19,056 nt of DNA from Octopus sinensis (taxonomy: Eukaryota), in NCBI RefSeq assembly GCF_006345805.1, contig NW_021824297.1:1-19056 (forward strand), given 5' to 3'. The translations under genes and the position numbers were made by a program. The notes under the pieces were generated by a model. It ran no database searches. It was not told the DNA's origin and worked only from the letters and a program-made list of their open reading frames with translations. Positions 8,520 to 19,056 of the stretch are shown one piece after another (within the stretch, counting starts at the first letter, position 1; each line of letters begins with the position of its first letter).

Positions 8520-9400
8520 ATTACACCAAATTATATGAAGCTAGTGATTTGTCACAAGATAGCAAAAAAATTGTTTTAAAAATTTCTGTAGTCATGCAAT
8601 TACTGAGAAGGTCATAAAGCCTGTATTAGAAGCTGATATTTCAAATGTGATGAGGGAAGATCCTTCAGGTGTCTTAAAAAGTTTGCCATTCAACCAATTT
8701 TTTGTTTTGCGATGAGGTTTAATGAAATGGTGGTGAATATTGAAGAACAGCTAATTGAAAGATCGAATAAAAAATTGCAATTTTTCAATTTAAGTTGAAA
8801 ATTCATAGTTGTTGAAAGCAAGGTTCTTCTTACGGTGTACATGCATTATTTTAATGTCGACTGTGAACTCGGGAAAAAAGATATATTATTAGCAATAACC
8901 AAGAAACTAACATTACCGAGGAATACATTTATATTGCTTTAGAACTCTGGCTTGATAAAAATAAAATTCTATTAGAAAATTCGATATCAGTTGATGCTAC
9001 CTCAGTGGTTGGAACGCATAAATATCTCATAATACATTTGAAATTCTACATTATTCGTTTAGTATATTTATTAAAACTATCAAAAGGAGAAAATCACACA
9101 GTAAATATGATCACCTGTTCAGGAAGTTTTATTCTGGTAATAATGAAACAGCATGTAAGATTTCTTTTGCAGATGATTCGCTTAAGGAAATTGCTTAGCA
9201 AGATTTATGAGCATTTTCGAAACCATATTTAGCTTACTAGAAAATGAAAGAGACAGAGATATTTCTGAGGAAATATGAAAAATGCATGAAAATAACATAT
9301 CTGACTTGGATAGCTTAATGAGCTATTATTATTTCAACTTCAATGAAAATTTATTATTACGTTGATTGATTATAAAACAGTATTGAACATTTACTGAAAA
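8520..9400 (+). pseudogene. hAT transposase remnant, Buster/Charlie (ZBED5/ZBED8-like) type
   Basis: Fragments across frames: I.EKVIKP, F.EMVVNIEEQL, DATSVVG (8993, compare DGAxxMxG) and KGNCLARF (~9184-9207, compare RWLSxGxxLxRxYE). Heavily disrupted. Confidence 0.65.
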
Positions 9401-9794
9401 ATACGAAAATTTCAAGTCAAATTTCTAAAATAAAAATGTATAAATGAACTTGCAAAAATGGTTTCTTCACATATCACTATTTACTCTTCCTCACACTTCC
9501 TCGTTCATTCTACTACAATTAAGCAGCGAATTGTTATTCTGTATCATTTATAATTGTTTTTATTCTTATCTTAGCATCTGAAAAGGTAAGAAATTGCTGC
9601 ATTTAGACAGGACTACTACCAGTCTCTACATATTAGTATAAGTAAAATATGAAAAAGATAATATTGAAACAGAAACTACTTAGAAATATAAGCGCTTGGA
9701 CGATTATTAGGAGAGAATATATTACTATGAAATAATGTATGATTTTGATTTAAGCACGACACAGTCCTCTGTGTTAGGTTCCAACGCTTATACA

Positions 9795-10008
<214 letters not shown>

Positions 10009-10569
10009 TCGTATATTTACGGATACATATACATACTGAGGTAAAAATAAGCACACCATTTTAGCTTGGAGGTTGTTGCTTTATGCACCTCTGCCCCAGC
10101 AACCCCAGCTATCAACTTATTAGTTGAACACATTACATATTGCTTCCTCTCATAAACTTAACCGTGCTTTGGGCTCACAGTTTCAGATATCCATGAACTA
10201 TCAACTATTATAAGGCACAAAAGATTCTCCCAGTTCGAGAGATCCATATAGATTTCTCGACTGCCGATGGGGTTAAACTTTCCAGGCTGACTGAGCGTCA
10301 CGAATATGGGCTGGTTAGAAGAGAGAGCACTCAACGATTATCACTCTTATGGCTTTTTGCCGGACATGTTCACATTAACAGTATCTCGCGAGGTGGTTGT
10401 TAAAATTTACACTACGTTCAACTATATCGATGGACATATAAATTTGAAGTGGCGCATCCTAATAGCATCAGTTCCTTATCTCTCTGATTTCGAACTCAAA
10501 CCACAGACAGTGGATCCGTCTCTACTAACTTTTATTTAAAAAATGGCGTGAAGGGCCTATTTGCACATT

Positions 10570-10965
10570 ATAATTCATCCCTGCCTATCAAAGATAAGAT
10601 GGCCGTCATTAGAAATGAGATCCACAGGATATACAGTAAATTTAGCTAGGCAGAAAACCAGAGGAGAACCAATTTGCGAAGCCGACAGGAGATTATGGCG
10701 GAAAGAACAGTGATACTTGCAGTTATGTTTTCTGACAAGCAGATGGACGAATATTCAAGACAGCTATTCAATACCTATTTCTCGAAGAACAAAGAAAGAA
10801 AGAATGATTCATGAAAACTTGGTATGTCACCTTCAAAGAAGAGCTGAAGCAACATAACATCACCTGGAAATATGCAATTGACTCTGCTCAAAATCAAGGT
10901 TATAGGGAAATTCTTGTTGCCCAATGTTCAATACATCTGTAACGGTGGAATTACGACTAAGATTC
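10570..10965 (+). mobile_element. RTE-clade LINE 3' end remnant
   Basis: KIRWP..IRNE near 10590, and TWYVTFKEELKQHNITWKYAIDSAQNQGYREILVAQC at 10817-10930, match the C-terminus of RTE/RTE-X ORFs. A weak LD.AD-like remnant near 10255 may extend it upstream. Confidence 0.6.
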
Positions 10966-11272
10966 TGATTTTCCATGCATTCCTGGCCTAAATACTGCAT
11001 CTTCGTGCATTTATCGTACAACTGCTTGAAAAGGTTACACTAAGATAAAGATTCAGCGAATTCATCTGTTGATACATTTCTCATTTCTCTCAATCTCCTC
11101 GGCTTACACATTATCATAATTGTTGAGGCTATATACCACATATTTCTTTGACAGTGTGTTCCTAATTTTACTGTTTGTTCTTTTTGTTGGAATTATGCTT
11201 CTTTATGTCTAATTTCATATTTTGTCATTCCCATTTTCTTTAAAGCCTCCTCCAGTTTTCTCAATTTACGAG

Positions 11273-11287
11273 TTATTATTATTATTA

Positions 11288-11346
<59 letters not shown>

Positions 11347-11365
11347 CATCATCATTATCATTATT

Positions 11366-11400
<35 letters not shown>

Positions 11401-11445
11401 ATTATTATTATTATTATTATTATTATCATTATTATCATTATTATT
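11273..11445. repeat. (ATT)n/(ATC)n trinucleotide microsatellite
   Basis: Directly visible. Confidence 0.97.
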
Positions 11446-12119
11446 GAGAGCAGTGCATGCCATCAAAGTGGCACTGGGGTAAAATATACGGAGCCCATAA
11501 CCTCTACCAGATGCACGTGTATTTCGGTTTTCATGACAATTGTTTGCGAATGCCACCCATGACATTCAACGGAGCGGTGTTTTGGCGTCTTGTTTCAGGG
11601 CAAAGTTGAAGGGTTACCTGCAATTTGGGTCTCAGTCATAAACCGGCATGTCTTGGAATATTTACACTTACACCCACGAAATAAATTTTTCAGAATTTAC
11701 CATATAAGAGTTACATTTGAAAAAATCGTGTTTCCTTTGCAGTTCAGTGTATATAAGCAATGATATTTGAAAATTCACCGGAATATTGTTAGTCAGCAGT
11801 ATCTCAAAATTTGATTTGTTTACCGAAAAAAAAATGGGTGTACAAACTGATTTACACACCCATTTATTCAATTGTCATGAGCAGAAAATGTGATATTTTC
11901 ATTTAACACAAGCAAAAACATGATGTCATCAAGTTTTCAATGTTATGAGTATAAAACACACGTTAAGAAGGAAGGTGGTTGATGTTAATGTAATTTCATT
12001 AATGATGAATAGATGATGTATTTTTAAAATCATATGAATGTAATAAATCCATTATGTCGGGTGTAATACGAGCCTGTATCCACACGCACACACACGCACT
12101 TACATACACACGCACGCGC

Positions 12120-12360
12120 ACCTTCGTTTTGGGGTCACCATTACTTTATTATCTCCCCTTCTTCCTATGTCGCCTGTCTGACCACTTCTGTCCTGCCATC
12201 GCCATGATTGACCGCTAGCCACTAAAGCTTTTTTTCTCTCTCTGTTTATTTTCTCATGTTCCTTTCTGTTGAAGAGCGTAGGCTCGAAACGTAAAAGACC
12301 TAATACACCTGTTTGTTGTCTACCGACTTGTCTTTGTCTTTTTTTTTTGTAAATTCCAAC
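12120..12360 (+). mobile_element. Probable Penelope-like element terminal (pLTR) remnant
   Basis: Pyrimidine-rich segment carrying the minimal hammerhead, then TAATAC and a T-rich tail ending in (TA)n. The same order is seen at 2560-2775. Confidence 0.5.
12262..12297 (+). ncRNA. Minimal type I hammerhead variant (PLE terminal-repeat type)
   Basis: CTTT-CTGTTGA-A-GAGC-GTAG-GCTC-GAAACGTA-AAAG. Stem I has 4 bp, stem II has 4 bp, stem III is the palindrome ACGT and the triplet is GUA. The core has A6->U. Confidence 0.65.
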
Positions 12361-12442
12361 GTTATATATATATATATATAGGCATATATATATATATATA
12401 TGTATATTTATATTTATATTCTTTTATTCTTTTATTTTTCTT

Positions 12443-12650
12443 TTTGTTTCAGTCATTTGACTGCAGCCATGTTGGAGCACCGTCTTTAGTTGAACAAATC
12501 GACCCCATGACTTATTCTTTGTAAGCCTAGTAATTATTCTATCGGTTGCTTTTGACGAACCGCTAGGTTATGGGGGCGTACACGCACCAGCATCGGTTGT
12601 CAAGCAATGGTGAGGGAACAAACACAGACACAGAAATACACACACACACG

Positions 12651-12682
<32 letters not shown>

Positions 12683-12849
12683 TATACGAAAGGCTTCTTT
12701 CAGTTTCCGTCTACCAAATCCACTCACAGAGCTTTGGTCGGCCCAAGGCTACAGTAGAAGACACTTGCCGAAGGTGTCATGCAGTGAGACAACCTGGAAA
12801 ACGTGGCTGGTGAGCAAGCTACTTACCACACAGCCACTCCTGCGCCTAT
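12443..12849 (-). mobile_element. SINE family 2, copy C (most complete)
   Basis: Minus-strand head AGGCGCAGGAGTGGCTGTGTGGTAAGTAGCTTGC (A box), internal (TA)/(TG) tract, and tail ...GCAGTCAAATGACTGAAACAAAAAGAAAAATAAAAG. Confidence 0.9.
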
Positions 12850-12867
12850 ATATACATATATACCTGT

Positions 12868-14315
12868 GTGTATATATGTATATATAATACTACAAATGAC
12901 ACCTCTGCCACCAACACTACCACCAAAAACAAATCAAATTTTGCACAAGCCTTAAAACAAAAAAAGACAATACTAAACTTCACAACAGAACAAATAAAAC
13001 AGACAAAAGCCCTCTTAACTCATGAAGGTTCAAATCTACACTTAAATATACCACAAAACATCATAGACACCACACAAAAGAGAACAAGAGAACAATAATA
13101 TACAATAATATACAAAGTCTTAAACGCAAAAACACGCAAACCAGAACATGCACAACCAGAACTCATCGAAAAATATTTAAGTTCGATATGGGCCTATAAA
13201 AATTATATAGATTGGAGGAACAAAAATGCCACAATACAGGTTCGCTTCGACAGCGAAGAAAAAGCGAAAGAACTAATTTTAATTCCGACCCACCTTGGTT
13301 AACGTGTGACTAAAATTTCAATAAAAATGTCCCTCCAGAAGTAGAGTCACAATGGCTGTTGTCTGTCATTTGCTACATGGAGGAGAATATAAATATCCTC
13401 GAATTTGCTGCCTTGGAGCAACAGAATTGATCGGGGAAGATGATTCAGTTATTGATGCAAATAGATCAAAACCAAATCAATAACATCCCCCGCCAAATTG
13501 AGCTGCCAGACGGCAATAATATTTACGTGGTGGTAGAGGGTAGGAGGCTTCGCTGTTACTTGTGTGGCAGCGAGGAACACCTAAGAAGTGATTGCCCAAC
13601 AGCAAAAAAACAAAAACTAGAACAACAAGGAAAAAGCGCAAAGAACAAAGAACCACTACTACCCACACAACCATCAGCACAGAGGACAAGCAAGGACAGT
13701 ACGAAACCAAACCCGCCAACACCAACAAATGAACATACAACATCTGAAAAAACACCAACAACAACAGCAAGAACTAAAGAAACAGTAAAGCCAAAAGACA
13801 ATACAAAAACTGATTCCCCTTCCCCCACATCACACACACCACACACAAACAATCAACAACCAACATCAGCGAAAACAACAACACAACCAATTACACAAAC
13901 ACACATTGAAGCCTACAACATGCCCCTACCTCCTTCCGATTCCTCGGAAATTTCGTCGGAAGACGAAAGCACTGAGGAATGGCAAATAGCCAAAAAAGGA
14001 AGGAGGAAAAGGAGCAAAAAAAGAACCAAATCCAATACAAACGCAAACAAAGCAGGGAGATATACATCTCCCGAAGACATCTCAAACCCTACCACAAACA
14101 ATATCAACACCACAAAAATATATATAAAGAATATGTTTACAGCCATAGACACCAAAAACACAGTGTTGATGAAATACATCAATGCAAACATTACAGAAAA
14201 TGATATTAAAATGAACAACCACCCACACACAACACCACCAAAACACATAAAACTTTACCACATTGCACCACACACTAAAGTCCCTCTATCTCAATGCGGT
14301 AGGGGGATGTCATAA
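12868..14315 (+). pseudogene. L1/Tx1-type ORF1 (gag-like) with CCHC zinc knuckle; 5' half disrupted, 3' 291 codons open
   Basis: CYLCGSEEHLRSDC (CX2CX4HX4C) at 13554-13595, followed by a T/P/K-rich low-complexity tail. Upstream frames give RRM-like IQVRFDSEEKAKE and ISIKNVPPEV once frameshifts are removed. Confidence 0.8.
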
Positions 14316-14462
14316 ATATTTATGCAAAAAATGTACAATAGCCTCCTTGATGAAAAATCAAAGGAGGAGACAAATCTTTCGAACGGTAAGTAACTCTCTG
14401 TTCCATTCGTTTGTGTTTTAAAGCACAAAACTCAATAAGATCATGGTCAAGATTGGTTGTGT

Positions 14463-14752
14463 GAAGCGACGAGAGGGGCATCCCTGACAGACCGAACGTG
14501 CAATATCAAAAGGTCTCGATAGATGCCCATTCACGCGAATTACCGAACGGATGCCTCCGTATAAGGCAGCTATACAGTCATGGAATATGGGACTGAAGCC
14601 GGCTGCTATGAGGACAGCTTCCAAGTATCGATGGTCTACCCTATCGAAAGCTTTCGATTGATCCAAATTGACCAGGTTCCCACCCATGCCAGGTTCCTTA
14701 ACTACCCTGTCTGTGATGGAGCGCATCAGATGGAGGTTGTCATGGATGCTAT
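14463..14752 (-). pseudogene. L1/Tx1-type reverse transcriptase fragment
   Basis: SIHDNLHLMR, LDQSKAFDRVDH and RSVCQGCP are L1-clade RT motifs. Truncated at both ends. Confidence 0.9.
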
Positions 14753-14899
14753 CTGTCTATCTGTGTGTGTGTATAGATGTGTTTAAGTATGTAGCAGTGA
14801 TAAACAACTAGGAGACAAAGGGGACTAAAAATATTATGAGCAGAATATAAACTATATTCGATGACTTGCATGTTTATTCGGACGAGAATATGCTATTCG

Positions 14900-15170
14900 C
14901 TGTCGTGTTCGTCACGGGGTAACACCTTCTTTACAACTAATATACGTTCAGAATATATCTTATTCATTAGTAGAAGCGATTTTTAGACCGCCGGTGGCTA
15001 GAGACATGTATCTGAAAAACATAGTCAAATACAGGTATACCATTACCAGAGAATATGGTATATCTAGGCCCCTTGGTTGCTGGTGATAGGTTTGGACTAT
15101 AGATGCAATGATGATGATTATTAAGACATAGGTACATATCTATAACCGTCCTCTTATCTCCAAGCAATAA
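14900..15170 (-). pseudogene. Possible APE-endonuclease remnant of a LINE
   Basis: NLSPATKGPRYTIFSGNGIPVFDYVF resembles the YT...IDY motif near the end of LINE endonuclease domains. This is the only supporting motif. Confidence 0.3.
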
Positions 15171-15318
15171 GCCTTAATAGCCTGTCAATTTTGGAGACAA
15201 TTCAATTCCTGAGATTATCTCTTCTTGTCATGCGGAGCTGGTCTCAATTGCCATTTGTTCACTGTGATCTATCCTCTACATGATGCACTTGTATTTTCCC
15301 CTCTATACCTTCCTCTTC

Positions 15319-15323
<5 letters not shown>

Positions 15324-15349
<26 letters not shown>

Positions 15350-15355
15350 GTAATG

Positions 15356-15392
<37 letters not shown>

Positions 15393-15464
15393 AATGAGGG
15401 TGAAAAATCGATATTATTTAATAATACCGTCAATTTATCCACATAGTGGATGACTCTCTAATAA

Positions 15465-15553
<89 letters not shown>

Positions 15554-15566
15554 TATATTATATAAC

Positions 15567-15597
<31 letters not shown>

Positions 15598-15763
15598 ATA
15601 TTATATAGATATATATATATATAATATATATATATCATATATATATATATATATTACACATATATATGCATTTGATTTCATACACGGAGATATAAGCATC
15701 TATCTCTTTCCCATATTCTCTGTCCCTCCCTCCTTCTCTCTCTCTCTCTCTCACACACACACG

Positions 15764-15806
<43 letters not shown>

Positions 15807-15808
15807 CT
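15324..15808. repeat. Two (TA)n blocks and a (TC)n block
   Basis: (TA)n at 15324-15390 and 15470-15668; (TC)n at 15735-15808. Confidence 0.95.
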
Positions 15809-16164
15809 TCATCAGCAGATTATTTTTCTTATAGATCTTCGTTCCATATTCCATATAATGTTGAATCATTATTTTCCTCAGCCTCATGCTATTTTAATAA
15901 CCATTATATAAAGTTGTTTTATTTCGTTTCCGCCTTTGTTTTAGATTTCTTTATTATTTTTGTTTGGCGTGGACATCTATCCCCGTCTCTATAGCAACAT
16001 TTTCTCCGCATTAGTAAAATATCTACACAATATTGATTTTTTCTTTTTTTTTTTTACTTTCTTTTTCACTTAAGCCATAAAGAGAATGACAAGTCCTAGG
16101 AGATGCATTCAATACTCATTATATTACTGCTATAGTGGTGAACATAGAACATAGAACAACAACA

Positions 16165-16306
16165 ACTTAGTTTTCAATGATTCTGAAACGACGACTCGGT
16201 TTCATTTCCAAGACGAAGACATTTTACAATCAAGTCTGCTGTGGAGAGAGATACTGTCCCCACCCGACTCAACAGAGACATGAAACTCATACTACCTATA
16301 ATCTGA
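16165..16306 (+). pseudogene. Possible C-terminus of a Penelope-like GIY-YIG endonuclease ORF
   Basis: A frame not in the ORF track (16205-16306) reads FPRRRHFTIKSAVERDTVPTRLNRDMKLILPII*, resembling the PLE C-terminal motif IKEAxEI...LNRDxG..L. Confidence 0.45.
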
Positions 16307-16502
16307 CATCTTCCAGATACATCAAATCCGGGTGTCTTAAAATAGAAATCAGTAATATTTTGGAGTCGGGTATAAAGTTGTTTTACAAGGGTAATACTTG
16401 GAACCCGATAGTCAGAATAAATTGTAGAATATTCTCTCGTCGAAAAATAAAATATATGTTCTCTACATAACATATTTAGAAACTTTTGTCCTCAGTTTGT
16501 AG

Positions 16503-16505
<3 letters not shown>

Positions 16506-16564
<59 letters not shown>

Positions 16565-16571
16565 TACACAC
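16506..16571. repeat. (TC)n(CA)n microsatellite
   Basis: Directly visible. Confidence 0.97.
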
Positions 16572-16573
16572 AG

Positions 16574-16728
16574 TTTGAATAACAGTTTGACTCAGCTCCA
16601 TGCAACTTAAAGCTTCGTAGACTCGTAGAACGAGTGTCTCCTCTGGATGCCTGAAGAGTTAGGTTCGTTCTGCAAGCCTACGAAACAACTTTAAAGTGGC
16701 CTTATGCTGAGTCAAGCCGTATTAAAAA
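16574..16728. repeat. ~155-bp imperfect fold-back containing hammerhead core boxes
   Basis: TTGACTCAGC (16587-16596) pairs with GCTGAGTCAA (16706-16715), and the arms pair imperfectly inward to ~16648. CTGAAGA at 16651-16657 and GAAA at 16682-16685. Confidence 0.7.
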
Positions 16729-17006
16729 TTTTATGCATGTGTGTTTAATACATGTATATATAAATAACATATAAATACATGAATATATAAAGCCCATCAC
16801 TTCTCTACCGAGTTTGTCTTCCCTTTATTTGTAGTAAAAAAATAAACCAGAATCTATTACTGGCTTTAATAGTATATGGTAGATAGGAATGAAATACATA
16901 ATCACACTATCTTCTATTTGAAACTGAGTAAAAAAGCATTGTTTTTTTCTGACTCGATGCAAAAATGCTACTTTTTTTTATACTTCGTCTACGTACTATG
17001 CAACAT

Positions 17007-17051
17007 AAACAAACAAACAAACAAACAAACAAACAAACAACAACAACAACA
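17007..17051. repeat. (AAAC)n(CAA)n microsatellite
   Basis: Directly visible. Confidence 0.95.
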
Positions 17052-17739
17052 TAATTTTCTGTCGTATTTCTCAAAACAGATATTGAAAAAAATTTATCAA
17101 CCTTTTTTATCTTTCATCTTAAATTTTATGATTTGGTCGTCGTGGCAGTGAATTATTTTGATTTGAAACAATTATCAATTTCCTTTTCTTTTTCATTTAG
17201 AAATATTTCAAATTGACTCGATACAACTGTGAATATAAATTTTTTGCAGTAGCCCAAAATATGAAAATAAAAGTTCGTTCTAAGAAACTTTCAGTCATAA
17301 TATTGATATCTTATGCGTTGTTTCAAGACAACTTTTGTACAAGTGAGCGGAGGAGTACAGTTAAAAGAAGTGCAAATGAATGAAGTAAAGTTGAGTGAAT
17401 TGCTATCAACAATAATTACTTTAATTACAGTTACATTTTGGATGTCCACAACATTTTCATAATTTTGTCTTAACCGTCCGTGCTTGTTTTCAGTGTTTTA
17501 GTTAACCCCCGTTTCATACATTTTAATACATGAATCCCAACTCTGACAGTTGGAAAAAAATTGGAATGTGTATCATATGCGTGAATGCTAGGGAAATGTG
17601 CACTATGTACCACGTGTGATATGCAGGGCAGGAAAAAGGTTGATTATTATGGAGAGGCTTTGTTTCTAAAGTTCATTTCTTACATCAAGAGATACGGTAT
17701 TTTCTATATAACCGAGCCCAACTCTTGGACTTGGCTTCG

Positions 17740-17858
17740 CTACTCTAGGAATCATGAATGACAGAGATGCTACCGGCGAAATCTGAATTCAGAACGTAAA
17801 GCTACGACAGAAAATGCTGCAAGACATTTAGTGCAGCTTTAGCTACCGATTCCGCTAC
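17740..17858 (-). mobile_element. SINE family 1, second decayed copy
   Basis: GGCGAAATCTGAATTCAGAACGTAAAG (17775) aligns with GGCGGCATTTGAACTCAGAAGTAAAG (1529). Confidence 0.65.
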
Positions 17859-18559
17859 TCTAGCGAGTATATTGGGTTATAGCAAAAGTTTCTTACATTG
17901 TTACCAGGTTGTATGTTTGTATGGTGTAGAGAAAAGGTATGGATTGAGAATTTCGTTGGTCGGGAGGCTTTCGTAACTCTCTGTATATATGTACATACGG
18001 ATGTCCGCCAGCGATTCAATATATAATAAAAGCTCATGATGTCAACAACTGTTAGATATTTAGCGGCGAAGCATAGTATCTAACACCAGCAGATGTAGGC
18101 AATGGTCACTGAAACCTGTAGGTGACTCGCGAGATAACTTGAAGTAAATGTTCTACTTTCTATATGCGGCGTATTTGAGGTTCAAACTTCCCATTTCATA
18201 GGAATCAAATTTATTATGCCTAGTATGTTAAGAGTTAAATTTCTTAGACAGAATCTATTTTGAAGTCCATTGTATACGTGCGCATGCGTGCGTTTGTATG
18301 TGTGTGTGTGCGCGCACGCACGTGTGAGACAGTTCCCCTATGTGTTTGAGTCTGAGTAACTGGGCGACGGCTTTTATGCATAGATGTATGTATATATAAA
18401 TGTGTGTGTGTTTGTCTACGTCTTAGTGTGTGTGTGCACAGTATCTAACCACAATACAGATAACAAAGATACGAACACACGATCACAAACAGATACATAT
18501 GCAACACAAAAGCCTTGTCTACTAATATACTTCTAATTGAATAGATAAAAACAGTCTAG

Positions 18560-18610
18560 GTAAGTTGATATATATATATTCATATATATATCTATATACA
18601 TATGTATGTA

Positions 18611-18644
<34 letters not shown>

Positions 18645-18906
18645 CACACACATACATATGCATAGAGAGATGTAGTTATATATGTATATTTATATATATG
18701 CATGTATGCATATATAACTATATAATATATATATGTATGTACGTATACACACACATATACAAGCATAAATATATATATATATATACATATTATATATATA
18801 TTATATATATATATATATATCTATATTATATATATAATATATATCTTTATATAACAGAGAGAGAGAGAGAGAGGGAGAGAGAGAGAGAGAGAAGAGAGAA
18901 GAGAGA
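18560..18906. repeat. Compound (TA)/(TC)/(CA)/(GA)n microsatellite
   Basis: Directly visible. Confidence 0.95.
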
Positions 18907-19056
18907 AATTTCCAATTTGGCTGGAAGAGATATAGCATTCAAGAGGGTACCGTCGCCGCTTTACCGTTATTAATGGTGGCTAACCTTAGTGAGTGATTAC
19001 TAACCTCAGTCTATCTTCACATCGGTAAATCCATATGTCTCTATAAGACCGAATGT

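Noticed and set aside
11446-11660. Sequence after (ATT)n resembling a recurrent octopus repeat end with an (AAT)n tail
   Set aside because: Recognition is from memory only, with no second copy or diagnostic motif in the window.
11832-11865. 10-bp hairpin AAATGGGTGT/ACACCCATTT, resembling a Tc1-type end
   Set aside because: No partner terminus or transposase remnant was found; it is too short to call.
13477-14273. Antisense and alternative-frame ORFs over ORF1
   Set aside because: By-products of the A/C-rich strand bias; no motifs.
16174-16473. Overlapping 97-99 aa ORFs on both strands
   Set aside because: No recognisable motif in either. The only protein-like signal is in a third frame (PLE-like LNRD).
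18088-18126. Hammerhead-like CAGATGT...GAAACCTGTAGGTG with a 4-bp stem III
   Set aside because: Two core changes, G at the cleavage position, and no convincing stem I or stem II.

Overview
AT-rich, microsatellite-dense animal DNA with no recognisable host exon. The SINE families and repeat landscape look like an octopus (cephalopod) genome; this is recognition from memory, not a search. The window is a mosaic of decayed mobile elements: the 3' end of an L1/Tx1-type LINE (1-1292), five tRNA-derived SINE copies from two families (all on the minus strand), a full-length decayed mariner with paired TIRs (6991-8219) plus a second mariner fragment, a hAT/Buster-like transposase remnant, an RTE LINE 3' end, a Tx1-type ORF1 with a CCHC knuckle followed by an inverted RT fragment, and Penelope-like (PLE) remnants. 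The most interesting signal is a set of six hammerhead-ribozyme-like motifs. One type I motif has an intact core (3866-3922). Two minus-strand motifs have intact cores in the permuted type II order (4776-4820, 5227-5270). Two are minimal PLE-type variants (2619, 12262), and one lies inside a ~155-bp fold-back (16574-16728). Most precede a T-rich tail that runs into a dinucleotide microsatellite. There are also two unexplained inverted-repeat elements and a ~130-bp repeat present three times. All RNA structures were paired by eye and are untested.
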